Source: Deltaproteobacteria bacterium (GTDB taxonomy: Bacteria; Myxococcota; Kuafuiibacteriia; Kuafuiibacteriales; Kuafuiibacteriaceae). Taken from it: 64,000 nucleotides of DNA. Under the pieces are notes generated by a model. That model saw only the letters and a list, made by a program, of their open reading frames with translations, was not told the origin of the DNA and ran no database searches. Both the position numbers and the translations under genes were made by a program. The stretch lies in assembly GCA_040218735.1 (NCBI GenBank), contig JAVJQW010000049.1, positions 160,001-224,000 on the forward strand. The letters run 5' to 3'. Positions 52,400 to 60,874 of this stretch are shown here, piece by piece; position 1 is the first letter of the stretch; the number at the start of each line of letters is the position of its first letter.

Positions 52400-53155
52400 A
52401 TGGGTTCGGCGGTCGGTGGCCTCGCGTACAAACGCGTCCTTCTGAAGCTCTCGGGCGAAGCGCTCCAGGGTGACGGCAAGACGATCAGCCCGTCGATCAT
52501 CGGGCGCCTCTCCGACGAAGTCGCGGAGGTGCACCGCGCCGGCGTCGAGATGGCGCTGGTGATCGGCGGCGGCAACATCTTCCGCGGCGTGTCGGCGGCC
52601 ATCTCCGGGATGGACCGCGCGACGGCGGACTACATGGGGATGCTCGCGACGAGCATCAACGCGCTGGCGCTCCAGGACGCGATGGAGAAGCGCGGGCTCG
52701 AGACGCGCGTGATGAGCGCGATCAAGATGGAGCAGATCGCGGAGCCGTACATCCGGCGGCGCGCGGTGCGGCACCTCGAGCAGGGCCGCGTCGTCATCTT
52801 CGCGGCCGGCACCGGCAACCCGTACTTCACGACGGACACCGCGGCGTCGCTGCGCGCGATGGAGATCAACGCGGAGGCGATCCTCAAGGGGACGAAGGTC
52901 GACGGCGTCTACGACAAGGACCCGAAGGTCCACGACGACGCCAAGCGCTTCCGCACCGTGAGCTACCTCGACGCGTTGAACCGCGGGCTCAAGGTGATGG
53001 ACGCGACGGCCATCTCCCTGTGCATGGACAACAAACTCCCGATCATCGTGTTCTCGGTCGAAGAGCCCGGGACGTTCAAGAAGCTCGTCCAGGGCGAGAC
53101 GGTCGGGACCCTGGTCAGCGAGAAGGACAGCGAGCTGTTCGAGGGCATGCTCTAG
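52400..53155 (+). CDS. pyrH: UMP kinase
   Basis: [32 protein letters not shown]. Confidence 0.97.
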   Translation: MGSAVGGLAYKRVLLKLSGEALQGDGKTISPSIIGRLSDEVAEVHRAGVEMALVIGGGNIFRGVSAAISGMDRATADYMGMLATSINALALQDAMEKRGLETRVMSAIKMEQIAEPYIRRRAVRHLEQGRVVIFAAGTGNPYFTTDTAASLRAMEINAEAILKGTKVDGVYDKDPKVHDDAKRFRTVSYLDALNRGLKVMDATAISLCMDNKLPIIVFSVEEPGTFKKLVQGETVGTLVSEKDSELFEGML

Positions 53156-53200
53156 GCGGCTTCGACGGCTTCGACGAACAACGGAAGGGATGACGTAGGG

Positions 53201-53761
53201 ATGAAAGACGACGTAATCAACGAGCTGAAGTCCAAGGGTGACGACGCCATCGAGGCGCTCCGCGGCGCGCTCGCGCGGATCCGCACGGGGCGCGCGAACC
53301 TGTCGATCCTCGACAACATCCGGGTCGAGTACTACGGCGCGAAGTCTCCGCTGAACCAGGTCGCGACGCTGACGGTCGCGGACCCGCGGCTCATCACGAT
53401 CAAGCCGTTCGACAAGTCGCTGACCTCGGAGATCGAGAAGGTGCTGCGCTCGACCTCGGACCTCGGCATCTCGCCGCAGAACGACGGGGAGAAGATCCTG
53501 CTGCCGATCCCGCCGCTGACCGAGGAGCGCCGCAAGGAGTTCACGAAGATCGCGAAGTCGAAGGGCGAGGACGCGAAGATCTCGGTGCGCAACGCGCGTC
53601 GCGACGCGAACGAGATGCTCAAGGGCCTCGAGAAGGACGGCGACCTCCCCGAGGACGACTCGAAGAAGGCGCAGTCCGAGGTCCAGAAGATCACCGACGA
53701 CTTCGTGGCGAAGGTCGACGAGATCGTCGGCAAGAAGGAAAAGGAGATCATGGAAGTCTGA
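53201..53761 (+). CDS. frr: Ribosome recycling factor
   Basis: IRTGRAN, PPLTEERRKE, VRNARRD, KEKEIMEV. Confidence 0.98.
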   Translation: MKDDVINELKSKGDDAIEALRGALARIRTGRANLSILDNIRVEYYGAKSPLNQVATLTVADPRLITIKPFDKSLTSEIEKVLRSTSDLGISPQNDGEKILLPIPPLTEERRKEFTKIAKSKGEDAKISVRNARRDANEMLKGLEKDGDLPEDDSKKAQSEVQKITDDFVAKVDEIVGKKEKEIMEV

Positions 53762-54507
53762 TGCCGGACGTCTTGGCACCGGGTCCTCTGCCCCGGCACA
53801 TCGCCATCATCATGGATGGCAACGGCCGCTGGGCGGAGGCGCGCGGGCGCCCTCGCTGGGAGGGGCACGCCTACGGTGCGAAGTCCGTGCGTGAGATCGT
53901 CACGGCGGCTCGCGAGAACGGCATCGAGGCGCTGACGCTGTACGCGTTCTCGGTGCAGAACTGGGCCCGCCCCGACGTCGAGGTGGAGCGCCTGATGACG
54001 CTCTTGCTCGACTACCTCGTCGACGAGCAGTCGACGATCATGGACAACGACATCCGGCTGCAGGGCATCGGCGAGACCGACCGTCTCCCGGCCCACGTGA
54101 AGAAGCAGCTCGACTACCTGTCGAACCTCTCCAAGGACAACACCTCCATGGTCCTCACGCTGGCGCTGTCGTACGGCGGTCGCGAGGAGCTCACGGAGGC
54201 GGTGCGGGCACTCGCGACCGACGTCGCCGAGGGGCGCCTCGCGGCGGAGGACGTGACGGAGGAGGCGATCGAGTCGCGTCTGTTCACGGCGGGGCTCCCG
54301 GAGCTCGACCTCATCATTCGAACGAGCGGGGAGATGCGCCTGTCGAACTTCCTGCTTTGGCAGTGCGCCTACGCGGAGATCGTCGTGACGGACGTGCTGT
54401 GGCCGGACTTCACGAAGGCGGAGTTCTTCGACTGCATCGAGCAGTACCGCGGGCGCCAGCGGCGCTACGGTAAGACCGGCGCCCAGATCGACGGTGCCGC
54501 TTGCTGA
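53761..54507 (+). CDS. uppS: Undecaprenyl diphosphate synthase
   Basis: HIAIIMDGNGRWA, YAFSVQNWAR, IRTSGEMRLSNFLLWQ. Confidence 0.97.
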   Translation: MPDVLAPGPLPRHIAIIMDGNGRWAEARGRPRWEGHAYGAKSVREIVTAARENGIEALTLYAFSVQNWARPDVEVERLMTLLLDYLVDEQSTIMDNDIRLQGIGETDRLPAHVKKQLDYLSNLSKDNTSMVLTLALSYGGREELTEAVRALATDVAEGRLAAEDVTEEAIESRLFTAGLPELDLIIRTSGEMRLSNFLLWQCAYAEIVVTDVLWPDFTKAEFFDCIEQYRGRQRRYGKTGAQIDGAAC

Positions 54508-55325
54508 CGCGGATCCTCAGCGCCCTCATCGCGCTGCCGATCGCGGTCTTCCTCATCGAGATGGGGGGCTGGTGGTTCTTCGGACTCGTGCTCTTCGTCG
54601 GCGCGGTGAGCGTCAACGAGTTCATGGGCATGGCGCACGGCGACGACAAGACGTCGAGCACGCTGCTGACGATCGTCGGCGTGTTGGTGATGGCGCTGCT
54701 GATGAGCGGCCAGCTGCGCGGCGACCAGGGCGTGGTGGTGATGGCCGCGCTGGTGATGTTCGTCTGGATCTACTTTCTGTTCCGGATCGGCGACCAGGCC
54801 ACGGTCGCGGCGCGCGCCTCGTTGTCGGTGACCGGGGTGCTGTGGGCGGGGGCGCTGCTCGCCGCGACCGCCTCGCTGCGGCTGCTCCCCGGCGGGAGCG
54901 CCTGGCTGTACCTCGCGTGTGTCATCGCGTGGGGGAGCGACACCGGCGGCTACTTCGCGGGGCGATTCCTCGGCAAACACAAGCTCTACCCGGCGGTGAG
55001 CCCGAAGAAGACCTGGGAGGGCTCGATCGGTGGCGTCGTGGTCGCGACGGCCGGATCGTTTGCGCTCAATCACTTCTGGGGGCCGGGTATCGACCCGGTG
55101 CACCTCGCGATCCTCGCGCCGGTGGGGACGGTGCTCGGTCAGATCGGTGACCTCGCCGAGAGCCTGCTGAAGCGCTCCACCGGGGTGAAGGACTCGGGGC
55201 GGATCATGCCCGGGCACGGCGGGCTGTTCGATCGGATCGACGCGCTGATCTTCGTGGGGCCGCTGCTGCTCGCCTACGCTGTCCTGATTCGAAACGATAC
55301 GATCGCCTGGCTCGATCTGATCTGA
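54501..55325 (+). CDS. cdsA: Phosphatidate cytidylyltransferase
   Basis: SPKKTWEG, GDLAESLLKR, KDSGRIMPGHGGLFDRID. Confidence 0.97.
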   Translation: MLTRILSALIALPIAVFLIEMGGWWFFGLVLFVGAVSVNEFMGMAHGDDKTSSTLLTIVGVLVMALLMSGQLRGDQGVVVMAALVMFVWIYFLFRIGDQATVAARASLSVTGVLWAGALLAATASLRLLPGGSAWLYLACVIAWGSDTGGYFAGRFLGKHKLYPAVSPKKTWEGSIGGVVVATAGSFALNHFWGPGIDPVHLAILAPVGTVLGQIGDLAESLLKRSTGVKDSGRIMPGHGGLFDRIDALIFVGPLLLAYAVLIRNDTIAWLDLI

Positions 55326-55372
55326 GGCAGCGCACTCCAACGCGCGAGTGGCGGTGCCGACACTCGCTACAG

Positions 55373-56983
55373 ATGCCCGCGTTTTTCGTTCGCGACGTGA
55401 TGTCGCGCGGGGTTTGGTGTGTCCCTCGGGAGGCACCGCTCGCCGACGTCGTACGCCTCATGCGCGAGGAGGCGATCTCCTGCGTCGTGGTGGCGGACGA
55501 GGACGGCAAGGCGGTCGGGATCATCAGTGAGCGAGACCTCGTCCAGGAGCTCGACCGCGCGCTCGGCGCCCCCCACGAGCCTCGCCTCGCGCGGGACGTC
55601 ATGTCGGCGCCGCTGGTCACGACGAGCCCGGACGCCACGTCGGAGTCCGCGACGCGCACGATGTTCGAGCGTCGGATTCGGCGCCTCCCCGTGTTGTCCT
55701 CGACCGGCACCCTCGTCGGCCTCGTGACCCAGACGGATCTGTTGCGTGGGCAGCTGACGGAGCTGGAGGCCCGGACCGACTCGCTGGAGGCGCAGGTCGA
55801 GAAACGCACGCGTGAGCTCGTCGCGACGGCGCGCCGGCTGGAGGCGTCGAACCGTCAGCGCGGTGAGTTCCTCGCGACGATGAGCCACGAGATTCGAACG
55901 CCGCTGTCCGGCATCCTCGGCACGGTCGAGCTGCTGCTGCAGGGCCCCGTCGATCCCGACTTCCGCGAGAACCTCGAGACCGTGGCGCAGTCGGGTATCG
56001 CGATGCTGCACATCGTCAACGACGTCCTCGACCTGTCGAAGATCGACGCCGGGGAGTTCAAGATCGCGGAGGCGCCGTTCGAGCCGCGGCTCCTCGTGCG
56101 CGACGTCGTGCGTCTGCTCGACGCACGCGCGCAGGCGCGCGGCAACACCCTCGGGTCGAGCGTCGCGGACGCGGTGCCGAAGGTGCTCGTCGGCGACAGT
56201 CATCGGCTGCGGCAGGTCCTATCGAACCTCGTGAGCAACGCGGTGAAGTTCACCGAGCACGGGTGGGTCGACGTCGTGGTTTCGTGTCAGGCGGTCATGC
56301 GCGATCGCGCCGCGGTGCGGGTCGAGGTGCGCGACACCGGCCTCGGGATGGAGACCGCCGACGTCGAGCGGATCTTCATGCCGTACACCCAGGCCGGTGA
56401 CGACGCGGTGATGCACGCGCAAGGGACGGGGCTCGGGCTCGCGATCTGCAAGCGGTTGATGGAGCTGATGGGCGGACGCATCGGCGTCGAGAGCAAACAC
56501 GGATCGGGGTCGATGTTCTGGATGGAGCTCGAGCTCGCGATCGGCGTGGAGGACGACGCGGAGCCCACGGAGGAGATCTCGGCGTCGTTCGATCTCGAGG
56601 TGTTGGTGGTCGACGACGACGCCGTGAGTCGGCGGGTCCTCGCGCGCCGGCTGGAGTCGCTCGGGTGCACCGTCGACACCGCGATCAACGGGCTCGATGC
56701 GGTGAGCAAGTGGTCGGATCGGCGCTACCCCGTGATCTTCATGGACTGCGAGATGCCGGTCTTCGACGGCGTCGAGGCGACGGCGGAGATTCGCCAGCGG
56801 GCGCGCGGGGAGGGGCCCTACATCTGTGCGCTGACGGGCCGCGCGCGCGACGCGGAGCGCGAGGCGTGCATCGAAGCGGGGATGAACGACTACGTGCTGA
56901 AGCCCGCGTCGCGTAAGGACCTGGTTCAGCGGCTGAATCGCTACGTCGAGGTTGCGGACGGCGTACGCATGGGTGCCGCATGA
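55373..56983 (+). CDS. CBS-domain hybrid histidine kinase with receiver
   Basis: CBS pair, SHEIRTPL, NLVSNAVKFT, GTGLGL, receiver VVDDD...FMDCEMP...KP. Confidence 0.93.
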   Translation: MPAFFVRDVMSRGVWCVPREAPLADVVRLMREEAISCVVVADEDGKAVGIISERDLVQELDRALGAPHEPRLARDVMSAPLVTTSPDATSESATRTMFERRIRRLPVLSSTGTLVGLVTQTDLLRGQLTELEARTDSLEAQVEKRTRELVATARRLEASNRQRGEFLATMSHEIRTPLSGILGTVELLLQGPVDPDFRENLETVAQSGIAMLHIVNDVLDLSKIDAGEFKIAEAPFEPRLLVRDVVRLLDARAQARGNTLGSSVADAVPKVLVGDSHRLRQVLSNLVSNAVKFTEHGWVDVVVSCQAVMRDRAAVRVEVRDTGLGMETADVERIFMPYTQAGDDAVMHAQGTGLGLAICKRLMELMGGRIGVESKHGSGSMFWMELELAIGVEDDAEPTEEISASFDLEVLVVDDDAVSRRVLARRLESLGCTVDTAINGLDAVSKWSDRRYPVIFMDCEMPVFDGVEATAEIRQRARGEGPYICALTGRARDAEREACIEAGMNDYVLKPASRKDLVQRLNRYVEVADGVRMGAA

Positions 56984-57064
56984 ACCCTGACGGCTGATCG
57001 TTCTGGCCACCGTGATCGCTCCGCCCGTGCTAGGCTTTGACCGAGCCTCCCTGGCGAGGTCGTG

Positions 57065-58783
57065 ATGGGCGTTCCCTGGTCATTCGGTCCCTCGGCGGTC
57101 GCAGCGTTCATCGTCTTCATCGGGATCCTCATCTTCGTGCACGAGCTGGGGCACTTCCTGGCGGCGAAGTACTTCGACATCAAGGTCACCAAGTTCTCGC
57201 TCGGCTTCGGGCCGGCGCTGGTGCGCTTCCAGTACGGCGAGACGATCTATCAGATCGCGGCGATCCCGCTCGGCGGGTACGTGAAGATGGTCGGCGACAA
57301 CCCGGGTGAGGAGGTCGAGCCGGAGGACCGCGATCGCGCGTTCACGACGGCGGCGCTCCATCAGCGTGCGATCGTCGCGCTGGCCGGACCGACCTTCAAC
57401 CTCGTCTTCCCGATCGTCTGTTTCTTTGCCTACAACCTCCTCGGGCCGACGGTGCCGTCGCCGATCGTGGGGCAGATGGAGATCGGCGACCCCGCGGACG
57501 TCGCGGGGCTCGAGCCCGGTGATCGCATCATCGAGGTCGACGGCGAGCGCACCTGGAGCTTCCACCGGATCACCGAGCTGATCAGCGCACGCCCCGGTCA
57601 GAAGACCCCGATCAAGGTCGAGCGCGACGGTCAGGAGGTCGCGCTGGAGGTGACCCCGAAGACGATCCGCCGGCAGGACCCGTTCGGCGAGACGACGGAC
57701 TGGGGGATCATCGGCGTGGTCGGGGCCTCGCACGGCACCGGGATCGGCGTGGCGTTCCCCGCGGCGAACCAGGGGGGCTTCGCGACCGGCGACGAGCTGA
57801 TGAAGATCGGCGACGACGAAGTGAAGCGCGGCGAGGAGCTCGCGCGTACGTTCAAGAAGTACGCGGGCCAGACGGTGCCGGTGGTGGTCGCGCGGCCCGA
57901 GCCGCTGGCGGCCGGGAGCCTGCTGTACGCGACGGCGCCCGTCCCGCGGACGCTTTCGGTGCCGGTGCCGGCGGAGTTCGCGCGGATCGAGGACGTCGGG
58001 ATCGCGCAGTCGGAGATGTTCCTGCGGCGCGTGATCGAGGACGGCGCGGCGGACCGCGCGGGGCTGGCGGCCGGGGATCAGATCCTGGAGGTCGACGGTC
58101 GGCGGGTGCAGCTGTTCTGGTCCTTCGTCGAAGCGGTGCGCGCGGCCGAGGATCGCCCGCTGCCGATCGTCGTGCGGCGCGGCGGCGAGCGTGTCGAAGT
58201 GACGCTGAAGAACGACCGCCACGGCTGCACGCAGCAGGCGAAGGAAGAGGTGCAGGACTTCTGGGACCCGGGCGTCGGTCTGGGTTGGGAAGGGGAGTCG
58301 ACGACCTGCGTGGCGATGAACGATCGCATCCAGCTCATGAGCCACTGGACGAGTGCGATGCCGCCGCGGACCGAGGTCGCGCGGCTGACGATCGGCGAGG
58401 CGTTCGTCTCGGGCGTCGAGCAGACCGGTCAGGTGATCGGGTTCGTCGGGCTCGGGATCTACAAGCTGCTGTCCGGGCAGATCTCGAGCAAGAACGTCGG
58501 CGGGCCGATCGCGTTGTTCAAGTTCGCGGCGCAGGCGGCGGAGATCGGGATCTTCGCGTACCTGAGGTTGCTCGCGCTCATCTCGGTGAACCTCGGCCTG
58601 ATCAACCTGCTGCCGATCCCGATCTTCGACGGCGGACATCTGGCGTTCGTGGCGATCGAAGCGATCAAGCGGCGGCCGATATCCATGCGCACGCGGGAGA
58701 TCGCGACGCTGGTCGGCTTCGTGCTGATCGCGGTGCTGTTCATCATCGCGACGCGCAACGACATCCTGAGCACGTGGGACTGA
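57065..58783 (+). CDS. rseP: RIP metalloprotease RseP with several PDZ domains
   Basis: HELGH, IPLGGYVKM, NLLPIPIFDGGH. Confidence 0.95.
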   Translation: MGVPWSFGPSAVAAFIVFIGILIFVHELGHFLAAKYFDIKVTKFSLGFGPALVRFQYGETIYQIAAIPLGGYVKMVGDNPGEEVEPEDRDRAFTTAALHQRAIVALAGPTFNLVFPIVCFFAYNLLGPTVPSPIVGQMEIGDPADVAGLEPGDRIIEVDGERTWSFHRITELISARPGQKTPIKVERDGQEVALEVTPKTIRRQDPFGETTDWGIIGVVGASHGTGIGVAFPAANQGGFATGDELMKIGDDEVKRGEELARTFKKYAGQTVPVVVARPEPLAAGSLLYATAPVPRTLSVPVPAEFARIEDVGIAQSEMFLRRVIEDGAADRAGLAAGDQILEVDGRRVQLFWSFVEAVRAAEDRPLPIVVRRGGERVEVTLKNDRHGCTQQAKEEVQDFWDPGVGLGWEGESTTCVAMNDRIQLMSHWTSAMPPRTEVARLTIGEAFVSGVEQTGQVIGFVGLGIYKLLSGQISSKNVGGPIALFKFAAQAAEIGIFAYLRLLALISVNLGLINLLPIPIFDGGHLAFVAIEAIKRRPISMRTREIATLVGFVLIAVLFIIATRNDILSTWD

Positions 58784-59454
58784 TCCTCGCGATCGAGACG
58801 GCCACGGCGGACGGCTCCGTCGCGGTGCACGACGGCGACGTCGTCGAGGTGCGCGAGCTCGGGGAGCAGCGCAACCACGCCAAGAACCTCGCGACCACGG
58901 TGCAGACGCTGATCGCCGGGCGCTTCGAAGACATCGACGGTTATGCGCTGAGCATCGGGCCGGGGTCGTTCACCGGGCTCCGCGTCGGCCTCGCGTTCCT
59001 CAAGGGCCTCGCAGCGGTGGTGCCGCGACCGGTCGTCCCCGTCTCGACGCTGGAGGTGATGGCGGCGGGCATCTTCCACCATCACCCCTACGCACAGCTC
59101 GCGCTCCCGGTGCTCGACGCGCGGCGCGACGAGGTGTTCGCGGGGCTCTTCACGCCGAGCGGCGCCGACCCGCGGCTGCCGGTCTCGATCGTCTCCGCGA
59201 CGTCGCTCTCGCAACGGATGCACGGCGTCGGCGAGGGGATGTACGCGGGCGGCGATGGGACGCGTCTGGACCTCGGTCCGAATGCGCCCTGGGCGATCGC
59301 CCGCGAGGAAGCGCACGTGCCCTCCGCGGCGATCCTGGCCTCGCTGGGCGCGGCGCGCTTGCACGAAGAGGGGCGAGACGTGGACACCGTGGCGCCGGTG
59401 TACCTCCAGGTGTCCGCGGCGGAGCAGAACCTCGGCATACGCGCGGGGGTCTGA
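58774..59454 (+). CDS. tsaB: t6A biosynthesis protein TsaB
   Basis: ILAIETAT, GPGSFTGLRVG, DARRDEV, PVYL. GTG start at 58774. Confidence 0.93.
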   Translation: MGLILAIETATADGSVAVHDGDVVEVRELGEQRNHAKNLATTVQTLIAGRFEDIDGYALSIGPGSFTGLRVGLAFLKGLAAVVPRPVVPVSTLEVMAAGIFHHHPYAQLALPVLDARRDEVFAGLFTPSGADPRLPVSIVSATSLSQRMHGVGEGMYAGGDGTRLDLGPNAPWAIAREEAHVPSAAILASLGAARLHEEGRDVDTVAPVYLQVSAAEQNLGIRAGV

Positions 59455-59495
59455 GCGCCGAGGGTCGACTCGGACGAACGGCCGACCCCGGCGGT

Positions 59496-59524
59496 TTGAC
59501 TCGCTGTCGGCGCCTTCTTAGAGT
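59496..59524 (+). promoter_or_regulatory. Near-consensus sigma70 promoter
   Basis: TTGACT-N17-TAGAGT, about 105 nt upstream of ATG 59629. Confidence 0.65.
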
Positions 59525-59628
59525 TTTCGTGATGGTCTGCACAACGCATCGTTCAGCCATCGAAACCTCAACAGAACGTCACGAACCACCGAACGCGAGC
59601 GCCGCGTTTGGATCGGAGACCCACACGC

Positions 59629-59865
59629 ATGATGGAACAAGTGAGAGCGGTCGACACCGAACAGCCCCGTAACGTGGGCCTCGATCTTTCACAGGAGATC
59701 GAGCGCCTCAAACGAGAGCACCGCGAGCTGAAGGCCCGCCTCTCCGAGCTGAACAGTCGACTTCACCTCTCCATCGACGAAGAGATCGAGCGCAAGAAGA
59801 TCCAGAAGCTGAAGCTCCTCAAGAAGGACCAGCTCCTGATGCTCGAAGCCAAGCTGCACAACTAA
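59629..59865 (+). CDS. DUF465/YdcH-like small coiled-coil protein
   Basis: LKREHRELKARL...KKLKLLKKDQL; GGAG RBS. Confidence 0.8.
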   Translation: MMEQVRAVDTEQPRNVGLDLSQEIERLKREHRELKARLSELNSRLHLSIDEEIERKKIQKLKLLKKDQLLMLEAKLHN

Positions 59866-59920
59866 CCCCCGACGGAAACGTTCTTGCCGGCCGGCGCCTC
59901 GGTGTGCTGAGTGCGCCGGC

Positions 59921-60871
59921 ATGGCGAAGACCGTGGCCGTACTGGGCGCCCACTCCGCGATCGGAGAGGCGCTCCTCACCGCCCTCGACGATCGAGCTCT
60001 GGACGCCGCCATCGTCGCGGCGACGACGACCGAGCACGTCGACGCGGGGCACGTCCTCATCGACGCCGATCTCATCTCGCGCGGCGACCTGTTCGTGATC
60101 GCGTTCGGCGGCAAGGTCGCCGAGGGCGTCGCGGCGGGGCTCATCGCTCAGGGCAAGCCGGTGCTGGACCTCGCGGGGGTCACCGAGGCGCCGTTTGTGT
60201 TCCCGACCCTCACCGAGGAGGTCTTTGCGCCCGCGCGGATCGCGGTGGGGCTCGCGGAGCCCGTCGCCGCGATCGTCCGGGCGTTGTCGCCGTTTTCGCC
60301 GTCGGCGGTGGACGTCACCACGTTCGAGTCGGCGGCGACGTTCGATCGCCCAGGGATGGACGAGCTGTCCGCGCAGACGCGGGCGGTGTTCACGATGCAG
60401 GACGCGCCGGCGGAGGTCTTCGCCGCGACGCTCGCCTTCGACGTCATCCCCACGGTGACCGGGCCGGACGGCGAGTGGGATCTGGCGGACGCCGCGCTCG
60501 CGACGGCGGTGACGGCGGCGTGTGGTGTTCCCGCCGATGCGACGCGGATCTTGGTGCCGTCCTTTTCGGCGGAGGGGGCGGTCGTCCGCCTCACCGTGGA
60601 GGGGACGCCGGACTTCGAGACCGTCGAGACGGCTTTGGCGGGGGGCAAGGGGATGCGGTACCTCCCGGACGAGCCGCCGCCGACGGTCGACGTCGTGGAT
60701 CGCGACGACGCGCTGGTGGGGCGGCTCGTCATTCGCGCGGGGCGGATCACGCTGTGGCTCGCGGCGGACCGGCTGCGGCGCGGGGGTGCGAGCCAGGCTG
60801 CGCTGTGGGTCGAGCGTTGGCTGAGTGGGAAAATCGGTGCTAGCGTCCCAGCGCCCCGAACGGACGCGTAA
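59921..60871 (+). CDS. Aspartate-semialdehyde dehydrogenase-like protein (Usg-like, degenerate)
   Basis: VAVLGA, GMDELSAQT, LAFDVIP, VGRL, WLAADRLRRGGA. The catalytic NPNC motif is not present. Confidence 0.8.
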   Translation: MAKTVAVLGAHSAIGEALLTALDDRALDAAIVAATTTEHVDAGHVLIDADLISRGDLFVIAFGGKVAEGVAAGLIAQGKPVLDLAGVTEAPFVFPTLTEEVFAPARIAVGLAEPVAAIVRALSPFSPSAVDVTTFESAATFDRPGMDELSAQTRAVFTMQDAPAEVFAATLAFDVIPTVTGPDGEWDLADAALATAVTAACGVPADATRILVPSFSAEGAVVRLTVEGTPDFETVETALAGGKGMRYLPDEPPPTVDVVDRDDALVGRLVIRAGRITLWLAADRLRRGGASQAALWVERWLSGKIGASVPAPRTDA

Positions 60872-60874
60872 CAG

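Noticed and set aside
59525-59628. Fluoride riboswitch or 6S RNA
   Set aside because: GTGATGG resembles the fluoride motif start, but the pseudoknot partner is absent; too short and not rod-like enough for 6S.
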